From positions 1 through 23,035 of the forward strand of contig JAANOX010000209.1 in the NCBI GenBank assembly GCA_020184695.1: DNA of 23,035 nucleotides, given 5' to 3'. Below, piece by piece: positions 10,639 through 20,553 of this stretch. The position numbers and the translations under genes are program-made. Numbering within the stretch: position 1 is the first letter of the stretch; every line of letters starts with the position of its first letter. This DNA comes from Histomonas meleagridis 2922-C6/04-290x (taxonomy: Eukaryota; Protista; Parabasalia). The notes under the pieces were generated by a model. That model saw nothing but the letters and a program-made list of their open reading frames with translations. It was not told the origin of the DNA and did no database searches.

Positions 10639-11686
10639 TAGAAGAAAAAGAACTCTTTTGACCGATATACAATGATTCACGTGGTGTTGTTTTAAATTGA
10701 GACAAAAGTAATAACTTTTTCAGACATAATTGTTGGTTTGTCAATTGAAATTTCTGAGTGAACAAATGGTGTTATTTCAACAACTGTTGTTTTTTCAAAT
10801 TTGAATCAAACCCCCAAATTGCGTCGAATTTTATGAAAAGTTCACATGAATAAGGGATGCAAAATAGGCTTTTCTTCATTTCATTTATTATTTATCTCAG
10901 ACATTATTCAACTTGAATTTGTAACAGAGTGGTTTAGATACAGTGGGTTCATTATCTTGAATTCAAAAATAGTTATCACTATTGATTAAGTTAAAAAAAA
11001 TTCAGTTAATATCATATGTTGAATCAAATCATAATTAAAGAGTTTCATTTTTACTAAGTAATTCATATGGATTCTTTAAATTGACAAAGAATGTTTTCAA
11101 AGATTAAGAATTTTCTTAATAAAATTCGTGCTTTTCTTTTATCTAGAATGTATCTTCATATATATTTAAAAAAATTGTATTTTCTTTAGATGTTGTGAAT
11201 ATAAATCAGAGAAATTGAACATTGCGTTAAATGTTGTTGTTTCTTCATCATTTTTAATGCTTTTTTTTAAACTGCTTCATATAATTACCTTATTTAATAC
11301 ATTTTCAAACTTTCTACAAACAACACCAATTATATTAAAATTTTTATTAAATTACAATTTCTATCATTATTAATATCATTATTATACTTGAAAAGGGAAT
11401 AAAAATCAATATTAATATTAACATTTAAAATCAATCAACATGAATTGGAAACATTCTTCATATCAAATATTTATGAATACAATAAAAATTGATTTTATTT
11501 TCATGATGAGCAAAATATTATATCAACATAAATCTATTAATCATGCATTGAAATTTGATATTTGATGTTTATAACCATTTGTCATCTTCACCAAGAACAA
11601 ATGCACTGATTTCTTTATTCACATCTTCTTCTTGTGTTGGTAAATTTCCGTTACTAACTGCACTTTCTTTCGATTTTTCATTTCGT

Positions 11687-12133
11687 TTGTTATTATGATT
11701 ACTTTTAATTAAAAACATGATAATCCCAATAAGAATAAATAAAATACCAATCGATCCACAAATAATACCAATTAAAACTTCTGTAGAAAGTCCTTCTTCT
11801 CCTGATATTTCGTATCCTTCAATAATAGTATAAAAAAATCAGAATAAAAAAATAATAATATGATGAAAATTGAACAACATTATATTTATAATATATAAAT
11901 TCAGTTCGAATATATGTTTCTGTTCGTTCAATTTCTGTGAAAAGTTGTGTCTCCGTTATAAATGTTTGATTAATAATCGTTTGTGTGATATATAACGATT
12001 GTGTAATAATATACGAATGTGTCAATATTTCACCTGATTTTAATGTATTTGTAAATGTATTACTTTGTGTATATGTATTCGATTTAGAAAATGTATTCGA
12101 TTTAGAAAATGTATTACTTTGTGTATATGTATT
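11687..12133. repeat. Direct repeat of 8451-8893 (shared stalk end and TM region)
   Basis: Identical in the stretches compared, at offset 3240 (3236 on the other side of the two A runs), apart from the two homopolymer length differences. Confidence 0.9.
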
Positions 12134-12244
12134 TGATTTAGTAAATGTATATGACTTAGAATATGTATTTGAATTAGTAAATGTATTTGAATTAGTAAAT
12201 GTATTTGAATTAGAATATGTATTCGATTTCGAAAATGTATTTGA
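12047..12244 (-). repeat. 18-bp SNT stalk repeat of paralog 3, 11 units
   Basis: Translation SNTFSK SNTYSN SNTFTN SNTFTN SNTYSK SYTFTK SNTYTQ ... SNTFTN. Confidence 0.9.
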
Positions 12245-14287
12245 TGGCACAACTGAACTTGCCTTTGAGTATATATTTGATGTCCAAGCTGTTATGTGCT
12301 CTTCTTTTTTGATTTTATTGATTTTTCTGTCAAACATTTCTCCAATGTTGTTGGCATTATCTATTATTTGAATATGAACATAATCATCATAATATTCTGA
12401 GTATTCAAATTCGATTATATTCTCTTCAATTTCGGCGAAATATTGATCAGTATCGCATGTTCTCTTTTCATTAATTTTGTATTTATATCTTGAAATACCT
12501 GTCGTAACATTAACAGTTTCTTCGTTTGATTCAGTAATGTAATTTCCTTCATTATCATATGCTACAACTTTGTATGTATATGAACTTCCAAGATCATAAG
12601 CATAAATTCTTATCCTTTTTTTATGATGTATTATGTTTTTTGAAATTGATGATACTTTCGGGGCTTCCCAATCATGCGAGTAAAAATGATCTTCAAAATG
12701 TTCATCGGTTGTTCTCTGTTTTAGGTGGAAGATTGTGTTTGCAAGAATTTTCCTCTCTTTTTCTGAAATATCATCACTATTTCCTAATTGAATAACTGCT
12801 GTATTACCATATGTTGTAAGATAGAAATTTTGTTCATTATCATTATTATTCTTAAATGAATACCAAATATCTCCTGAAGCATACTGGTTTGTTGTACTTG
12901 TACTACAAATCGAAATTGTTTCCTCATGAATTTCCCATGGATAATTATTAATAAGTCCATTTCTCTTGCTGTTTGTAATTTCATCAGAGCCAATTCCGTC
13001 AGAACAGCAATTATCAATTTTATCAACTTTATCAATCATAATTCCAAACAACTTGCGGATCGAAACCATACTTGCATCATTGTATTTATCTGTTTCACTA
13101 ATTGTACAAAATATAGGTGACAACACGCCATGCCCTACAAGAAAACCGTGTCCTCTATTAATATAATCTCGAATAGTTTGATTGGAAATATTGGTTGACA
13201 ATGAGTATCCTCCATTATAATACCAGAAGCCAAGAACAACGACATCAAACTGATATATCCATTGAGTGTCATTCGCGATTGCTTCTTCGAATTCAGCAAT
13301 AGATTTAAGTGTTACATTCATTGTCATTTCATTAGTTTCGTTATAAAAACTGTAAGTATCTGATGAAGTATTATCAATTTTTCCTCCTTCCATCCAAACC
13401 TTCAATGAAGCAGATTCGGGTATAGTCCGTTCATACTCATTTGAGACAGTCTTAAATGACATTGAAACAGTTGGAATGGAAAATTTTTCTTCTGAATTTG
13501 ATTCATATCCTTTACTACTATTTGAAGGATAAATATTCAAAACCTTAATGGGAACTCCTTTTGTGTATGTGCTTATTGCCTCCCAATCATTATCATTGAT
13601 TTTTCGAAAAATTTTATAATGAGAAAAATTCGAATAATTACCATTAATTTTCCATTTAAGATCAACGCCACCTTTCCCCCGACCATACGAAGAATTGGAA
13701 GTAGCATTTAAATTAATTTCAATAATAGATATAACACCAAAGATACAAAAGATCATTTGTTTTGTGAAAATCAAACTACAGAATATTTTGAACTGCGATA
13801 AAGTCATTTGACAACTTTTCACGGCTCTTAACAACTTTTTCAAATATGCATACTCAAAATCGAAAGCATTCTTTCGGAAGTGAAATACAATCGATCGGTT
13901 TCAATTGAATTGTCTTACAAAAAGTTTTATCGTTTTCCCCTTGATTTCCAGTTTATTACTGTGACAGGTTAGGCGTTAACCAAACAAACACAGTGAAAGA
14001 ATGTTGCAAAAATCAAATCCAACTTTGCTCGTGTTTTATATCTAGGTTGTCTCAACAAGTCAAAGCAACTTCAAATTTTAAACACCATTTGGCCTTTTTT
14101 CGTTTTATCTACTTAAATAAAGCTTATAAAATGAATTAACAAACAATAAATCTTTTCATATCCTTTTCATATTAATTTCCAAAGAAATTATTTCTATATA
14201 TATCACAACAATTTTTGAATTTTTTAACATTAATGTTAAATGAATTCATAAATGCATTATTATTTTTATTTAAATCTGTATTAAAAA

Positions 14288-15664
14288 TCACGTATTTTCT
14301 TGAGGTTCTGAGACCAAATCAAGAAATGTTGTAACTGTTTCCCCAACTTCATTTTCCCCATTTTCTTTTGCAATTTCTTCTAATGTGTTCAATGCTCCAT
14401 TTTGTTCAAATATGCCGGTTACCATTTGTGTGAAGTCGTCTGTATTAATCTTTGTGATCAAACAATTCATTGTGTATGCAACATCTGATGCGACTTCTAC
14501 ACCGCTAAAGACGCATTCACTCATCATCTCAATAATTGTTTCATTAAAAAATTCGTTTGCATCTTCTTCTGTTGATTTCATAGCAAATTCTCTTAACAAT
14601 GGAATGAGTAATACTTTGATACCAAATGAACATGAATTGAAAATATTCCAAAAATCATTTGATATCATCCTAAGAATGAGATCATGAACATACTCTTGTC
14701 CATTCATTGTCCAAACTCGAAGCATTTGCATTAAGTTAATGATGACTTTGGTATCATCCCACCGGAAACAACTTAAAACATCTGAAATAATATCAAATTT
14801 ATCAAATTCTTCAAAAGGGAAATCTGGAACTTGACTAATTTGATAAAGGAAATTTGCACATGTTCTGCGAAGTTTTTTATGATTTGAACGCAGACCTTCT
14901 GAAATTACACTAAGTAAAGATTGTTGAAAAAAGATTTCATATATTGAATATGTCTTGGAAAAAAGTTGAAGAAGACCTTTCAAACCACAATGTTTCGCAT
15001 ATGGAAGTTCTTCATGACAAATAGATATGAAAAAAGGAATGGCATGATTCTGAAACGAAACTTGATACTGACCAAAATCTTGTTTAGATGAAGCAAGAAA
15101 AAATTTGCACTTGGATTCATAGACTTCTTTTGTAGGACATTGAAGAGAACTCATTGTATCAATAATTCCATTTTCAAAAACTGCTTCTCGAAGTGTGAGT
15201 GATTTTTCGATGGAATACATTGCCACAAAGATCGCATAAATTATTATTTCTTGTTCATCACTTTTATTGATAAGAAGATTGATCCACTCATAAAATCGTG
15301 TATGAGCTAAAAGCTCTTGTTTCTCTTGTTCAAAAATTTGCGTAATGTAGCAAAAAGATAAAATAACAGCTCTTTGTGTTCTTGTATCTTGTAAATAATT
15401 TAAATAAGCAAAGAAGACATCAGGACTCATTTCTTCTAATACAAAATTTGTATTCCTTCTTAAATAATCAGCAATTTGGAAAACAGCATAAAAACTATTA
15501 TTTTGACTTAAATCCATTAATGCATTTCTAACTTGACTTTTAGAAAGCATTTCTTGTTCCTTTTCATTTCCATCCTTTTGTTCATGAACCAAATCCAAAA
15601 AATCTGTCTTAATGCCAAATTGTTTAGTTCTTTTTTTTTCGATTTTTTGTCTTTTGTAATTCAT
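14288..15664 (-). CDS. ARM/HEAT-repeat helical protein, importin-alpha-like
   Basis: 458-aa ORF with a basic N-terminus (MNYKRQKIEKKRTKQ), amphipathic helical repeats (LLSVISEGLRSNHKKLRRTCANFLYQIS; DIISDVLSCFRWDDTKVIINLMQML) and an acidic helical end. The family call is by pattern only. Confidence 0.6.
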   Translation of the reverse strand: MNYKRQKIEKKRTKQFGIKTDFLDLVHEQKDGNEKEQEMLSKSQVRNALMDLSQNNSFYAVFQIADYLRRNTNFVLEEMSPDVFFAYLNYLQDTRTQRAVILSFCYITQIFEQEKQELLAHTRFYEWINLLINKSDEQEIIIYAIFVAMYSIEKSLTLREAVFENGIIDTMSSLQCPTKEVYESKCKFFLASSKQDFGQYQVSFQNHAIPFFISICHEELPYAKHCGLKGLLQLFSKTYSIYEIFFQQSLLSVISEGLRSNHKKLRRTCANFLYQISQVPDFPFEEFDKFDIISDVLSCFRWDDTKVIINLMQMLRVWTMNGQEYVHDLILRMISNDFWNIFNSCSFGIKVLLIPLLREFAMKSTEEDANEFFNETIIEMMSECVFSGVEVASDVAYTMNCLITKINTDDFTQMVTGIFEQNGALNTLEEIAKENGENEVGETVTTFLDLVSEPQENT

Positions 15665-15699
15665 TTAATGGCTTTGTATGTCATAGTGACCGTTAAAAA
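15665..15699. promoter_or_regulatory. 35-bp bidirectional promoter with back-to-back initiators
   Basis: Divergent ATGs at 15664 (-) and 15700 (+). The dyad GTCATAGTGAC at 15680-15690 gives TCATA on + and TCACT on -. GACCGTTA at 15688-15695 fits the M3/Myb consensus. Confidence 0.6.
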
Positions 15700-17257
15700 A
15701 TGGGGGCAAGTACCTCTGAACCAGGTGCAGAAAATCGCCTTTCTCAACCTGGAACAGATCATGAAGAGTCAAGTGAACAAACTGGCGTAAGCGAACAAAA
15801 TGGTTCATCCGAAGTTGAAGCAGAATCTCTCAACTCAAGTCGAATCGAATCCGACAATACATTAATTCCAATTCAAATTATGACTCAACATAGACGTGGC
15901 GGATTTGTCACCTTCATGTATCTTACAAATACTCTTCTTGGTCCAGGTATTGTTGCAGTCAGTTCAACATTTAAAACAACAGGAATTGGTCCTACAATAA
16001 TTATTGCTATTGCTGCCGCTTTATTATGTTATATTTCATCATCTCTGTTCATCAGTATTCATCATAAACTCGAAGTGAATACACTGAATGAACTTGCAGA
16101 TAAAACATTTGGCGGTAAAGCAGCTCGTGTCATTTTATCTATTCTTTGTCTTTTTTTCGATCTCACACTTGCATCCACAAATCTTGTTATTGGGACAGAT
16201 CAAGTCAAATCTTGGCTTAGCCTTACCGGTCTTAATTTGTTAGGATTCAAAAAATGGTGTTTAATCCTTTTCTTGTATACACTTGTTATCCCTTCTATGC
16301 TCACTATACCACGCCATTTCGAATTTCTTGACGGTTTTCAAAAACTTACGGTGTTTGGAATTGTTTTATATGCTGTCATCATCACCATTAAAGGTTTTAC
16401 GGTAGGCTCTCTTCCAGCTGAAACTGTTATTGGATATTGTTTTGATATGAGCGCATTTACATCTTTTGCAGTTCATGTTTCATCTTTCTGCTTGCCAATT
16501 CATTTGATTCCTTTGATTGTTCATTACAACCCAAAGAAAATAAGGCGAAAAGTGATCTCAGGAATTTCACTTATTTTCGATTTTATTGTAATTGTAACGC
16601 CTGGTGTTGTAGGTTATCTGACGTATGGATCTGATGTCAAATCAGATGTTTTAAATTCATATCCATCAAATGGTATGTTTCATTTGATTTTTTGCTCTTA
16701 AACTTTTTCAGAAAAAGAAACGATATAAAAATTCAGAAAAAACGATCCGTTTATTCTGAAAAAGTTATTCTTTATTTTTTTGAAAGTTTCATGAGCAAAA
16801 ATCTTTTTACTTTTATAACTAACACATAGATGCACTTATGATCTTTGTAAGGGTGATCATATTTTCACTTGTAACTTTCACATATCCACTACTTGTAAAT
16901 TCAATCACTGGGATTTTAGGCGAAATGCTCTTGAATCAGCCAGATCCTGCTGAAATGACACTTGTTCAACGCTTAGTTCTAATTCCTATTGTTAATATTG
17001 TATCTTTTTTGTTGGCACTTATTTCGAGTGATCTTCAATCAACATTAGGTTTAGGAGGAGCAATCACTGGTTGCTTGGTAGCATTTGCATTTCCTGCTTT
17101 TTGTATGTTGAAGTTTACTTCAAAGAAATGGTATCATTATAAGAAAATTTTGTATTTTCTATTTTGTGTTTTTGGTATTATTGTTGGAGGTATTTCAACA
17201 TACACGTCGATTGCAGATAAAATTAGTTGTTATAAGAATGGCTTACATGAATATTAA
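15700..17257 (+). CDS. Amino acid/auxin permease (AAAP, Aa_trans) family transporter; exons 15700-16672 and 16830-17257, 466 aa
   Basis: AAAP motifs FMYLTNTLLGPGIVAVSSTF and GVVGYLTYG, with many TM helices. Removing intron 16673-16829 joins the two track ORFs in frame (YPSN-D-ALMIFVRVIIFSLVTFTYPL) and supplies the C-terminal GLGGAITGCLVAFAFPA helix. Confidence 0.9.
16673..16829 (+). other. 157-nt spliceosomal intron, trichomonad type
   Basis: 5' GTATGT at 16673-16678. 3' ACTAACACATAG at 16818-16829 is one base from the T. vaginalis fused branch/acceptor motif ACTAACACACAG. Splicing restores the reading frame. Confidence 0.92.
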
Positions 17258-17370
17258 TGAAAATAATTTTGTTTTACTAAAGAATGATGTTTGTTTTAAC
17301 TGGTTTTTGTTGTTTCGTTTTGAGAGATTATAAAAACTGCCTTGATCACGTACGTTTAATTTTTATTATA

Positions 17371-18642
17371 ATGTATAAAAGTCCATACAAATCACCTTCC
17401 AGGAGGTCATTCACAAGCTCAACACCACAGTCATTAAGCATCTCTAGTTACTCAAACAATACATCGAATAAGTCACCATTCAACAGAGATAGATTTGTAG
17501 GATCAAATAAATCCCCATCGAGACAATCTTTAATGAAAGAAAACATGCCACCTGATATGGACTATAACTATGGAAAGAAACTCATGGATACACCAACAAA
17601 ACATAGAACAGCAAAACCTGTTATTAATGATAAAATCCTTGATGCACCAGATGTGTTAGGCGAATTCCCTTGTAAGATACTTGATATTAATCAAAAGAAC
17701 GAGATAGCTGTTGCTTTAGGTTCAAGCGTTTATGTATGGGAAGAAGGACAAGCAAATGAACTTATGCATGGTTGTACAGCAATTAATGCTGTTTGTTGGG
17801 TTGGTGATTATGTTGCCTTATCTGGATCTGGTTATGTAGAACTTTGGGATGTTTCTAGAATGTGTGCAGTGAAAACCCTTAACGGTCACGATAAACGTGC
17901 AGCAGCGCTTGCTTATGGTAACGGTCTCTTTGCAACCGGAGGTGCTGATGGCATTGTGAATGTTTATGACCTTAGAGCGGATACTGTTCAACCATATCAT
18001 GCTCACAAAGGTGAAGTTTGCTCATTAAGTTGGTCACTTGATGGTAGAAGTCTTGCTTCTTGTGCAAGTGATAATTCTATTGCCATATTGGGAAGCAGAA
18101 ACGTAAAACTTCACTCAAGTAGTAGAGTTCAAGCCCTTTCGTGGATGCACTCTGGTGTACTATTAACAGGTGATGAAAACGGAGTTATAAAATTGATACA
18201 TACACGTAGCGAAGATGAAGATATGCGCGTTGCTACGGGATCTCCTATCACAGGAATGTGCTTTACAGAACAATGGGGAATTTTAACAGGTCATATGAAT
18301 GGTACATGGAGTATCTATCAGCCAGACCTCCATAAAGTCGCTGAATATGAAGGACATCATCAAGCAGTTTTAAGCATTGCTGCTAACACAGAAGGAAGTC
18401 TTGTTGCAACAATTTCGGCAGATGAAAGTTTGAGAATATGCGAGCTTTCAATGCCAATCAACAACAGTCCAGTCCACTCGCCAAGGTATGGAATGTCACC
18501 ATTCAATTCACCAAGATATGGAATGTCATCATGCAATTCGCCGAGATTCAGCCACACACCAACAAACTCTCCAACGAATAGAACAACTCCTAACAGAGTA
18601 CAATACTTCCAAAGCTCACGCGGAACACTAATGCCAAGGTAA
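17371..18642 (+). CDS. CDC20: Cdc20/Fizzy/Cdh1-family APC/C activator (WD40)
   Basis: SP/TP-rich N-terminus with C-box-like DRFV and a KEN motif, KILDAP at propeller entry, IAVALGSSVYVW, and WD repeats (GHDKRAAALAY, AHKGEVCSLSWSLDG, GHHQAVLSIA). ATG 17371 (MYKSP) is preferred to 17284. Cdc20 versus Cdh1 is not resolved. Confidence 0.82.
   Translation: MYKSPYKSPSRRSFTSSTPQSLSISSYSNNTSNKSPFNRDRFVGSNKSPSRQSLMKENMPPDMDYNYGKKLMDTPTKHRTAKPVINDKILDAPDVLGEFPCKILDINQKNEIAVALGSSVYVWEEGQANELMHGCTAINAVCWVGDYVALSGSGYVELWDVSRMCAVKTLNGHDKRAAALAYGNGLFATGGADGIVNVYDLRADTVQPYHAHKGEVCSLSWSLDGRSLASCASDNSIAILGSRNVKLHSSSRVQALSWMHSGVLLTGDENGVIKLIHTRSEDEDMRVATGSPITGMCFTEQWGILTGHMNGTWSIYQPDLHKVAEYEGHHQAVLSIAANTEGSLVATISADESLRICELSMPINNSPVHSPRYGMSPFNSPRYGMSSCNSPRFSHTPTNSPTNRTTPNRVQYFQSSRGTLMPR
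18478..18549 (+). repeat. 30-bp tandem repeat in the Cdc20-like C-terminus
   Basis: Encodes SPRYGMSPFN SPRYGMSSCN SPRF. Confidence 0.8.
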
Positions 18643-19141
18643 TTTTATAAAGATTTTTAATTTTGATAATTTTCCTTCGAATCCAAGTGTATGAACATCA
18701 AATAATAAATACACTGTAAAACATTGATATTTTAAAAAAAGAACATAGTAACATCCTAGAGTCACTTTAAATATCAATTTTTTTTATACCTGCAAAGCAA
18801 ACTATTTAAATCATTTAAATACACCTAAAAAACATCTAGTAGAAAATTTTGAAGTTCTTTTGTTCTTAAATGTATTATTTTTTCTTGTGAATATTGTCGA
18901 CAATGTGTTCAAAGTTTCCATACTGCTTGAGAAGTAGCACCAATAATATTAAGCTCAGAAAGTAATCTTATTGATTACTTATTAAAGCGACTCATTTGAA
19001 GATATATAATTTCTATGGGATTTGCATTATATAGTTAAACTAATGATAAAATGATTGAGTCATTTATGTGTTAAGTGAACATAATTTTTTTTAATTGTTT
19101 CTATAGAGAGATACAACGATGATGTATTTTTTAAAACATTT

Positions 19142-20350
19142 ATGCTCAATTACCCCAAACTTAGAAAGAACAATTGGGAACTTCATAAGCAATATGTTAA
19201 AGAAGGACACAATCCAAATGAAATTGCGAAAATAATTCGAAATGATGAAATCAATAAACTTCAAGAAATATCATCACAACCAAAATTTAATTTTAATCAA
19301 ACAATTGAACCATCTCTTTATGAAAGATGTTCATTTATTAATCAAGGAATTTCATTAATTGATTATGCAGCATTTTTTGGATCAATCAAATGTTTTAAAT
19401 ATTTACTTATGAATAATGCAAATGTAAAAAATACAATTAAATATGCAACTGCAGGTGGAAATCTTGAAATTATACATTTATGTGAACAAAATCATTCATC
19501 ATTCGAAAATGCATATGAAGCAGCAATTGAGTTTCATCGAAATGATATTTTTCGTTATTTATGCGAAAATAAAATCTGTGAAATTCATGATTTAACTTAT
19601 TTAGGAAGATTATGTATTTATTATAATAATTTTGGAATTTTCTCATTTCTAGAAAAAGAAGGAATGAAAATTAATAATGACCTTTTTCAAGATGCAGCAA
19701 AAAATGGTAATATGTATCTTATTAAACATTTTCATAAATATAAATTCCCTAAAAATATTTTAGTTATTTCATCAGAATCACAAAATATTGAACTTGTTAA
19801 ATATTGTTTGGATCAAAAAGGATTTAATATCAATGCGAAAGATAATTATTTAAATTATTTGAAAATTCAAAATATTATTTGGAAATTATTTATACTATAT
19901 AAAACAGCGCTAATAAATGCATCTTATATAGGTCAGTTGGAAATAGTTAAATTACTTGTTGACCAAAAAAACATAAAAATAAATCTTAATGATATTTGAT
20001 TATTTTATTACAAATTTATTTAATTAATTTTATATTTCAAAATATTAATTGGAAATTATTTAAAATGTTTAACACGTCATTTATTTATGCATCTAAAAAC
20101 GGTCATGTAGAAATAAGTGCACTTATATGGCATCCTTTTATGGAAAAATAGAAATCGTTAAATTACTTCTAGATCATGAAGGCATTGATATTAATATTCA
20201 AGATATTTCTTTGTATTATTTAAAATTTTTAAAAATAACCTAGTATTTAAATATAATATTTGGAAATTATTTACATTATTTAAAACAGCACTTATGTGGG
20301 CATCTTTAAATGGTTATGTAGAAATAGTTAAATTACTTCAAGAACGATAA
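19142..20350 (+). pseudogene. DUF3447-type ankyrin-repeat gene, probably 5'-truncated and interrupted
   Basis: IAKIIRNDEINKLQEI...LYERCSFINQGISLIDYAAFFGSIKCFKYLLMN...YATAGGNLEIIHLCEQ...AIEFHRNDIFRYL is the typical trichomonad ankyrin N-domain. Ankyrin repeats continue past the stop at 19997-19999 (TSFIYASKNGHVEI; ASFYGKIEIVKLLLDHEGIDINIQD; TALMWASLNGYVEIVKLLQER*), with inserts and a deletion/frameshift near 20115-20130. Confidence 0.75.
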
Positions 20351-20375
20351 AGAAATATATATTAAACAACTCACT

Positions 20376-20397
20376 TATATATATATATATATATATA
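20376..20397. repeat. (TA)11 microsatellite
   Basis: Read directly from the sequence. Confidence 0.9.
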
Positions 20398-20553
20398 AAT
20401 TTGTTATTTTTGTTTTCTTTTATTAATTAGAAGATGGAAACTATGAAAGAACGTTAAAGGAGGCTTAATTTAAAATTGAAATAAACATGACCACTTATTT
20501 GCTGAATATCGTTTTGTTTACAACCCATAATGACTTCACATTTGAAATAAAAG

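Larger units (their letters stand above)
11569..13756 (-). pseudogene. Type-I membrane surface protein, paralog 3, frameshifted just before the TM segment
   Basis: Open from ATG 13756 (or 13807) through the N-terminal domain and 11 SNT units. Two A runs near 11832-11852 are A7 versus A5 in paralog 2, which shifts the frame and gives a stop at 11819. The downstream frame encodes the same TM and a related tail ending EEDVNKEISAFVLGEDDKWL* (TAA at 11569-11571). Confidence 0.8.

Noticed and set aside
17284-17370. Upstream start for the Cdc20-like ORF
   Set aside because: The extension is AT-rich, intergenic-like and only 26 bp from the previous stop. ATG 17371 gives a typical SP-rich N-terminus.
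17258-17370. Myb/MSA (AACGG) site linking the three-repeat Myb to the Cdc20-like gene
   Set aside because: No such motif found in the upstream interval.
20213-20243. GT...AG 31-mer as a short canonical intron in ankyrin insert 3
   Set aside because: It lacks an ACTAAC/TCTAAC branch motif, its removal does not restore frame, and there is no equivalent in inserts 1 and 2.
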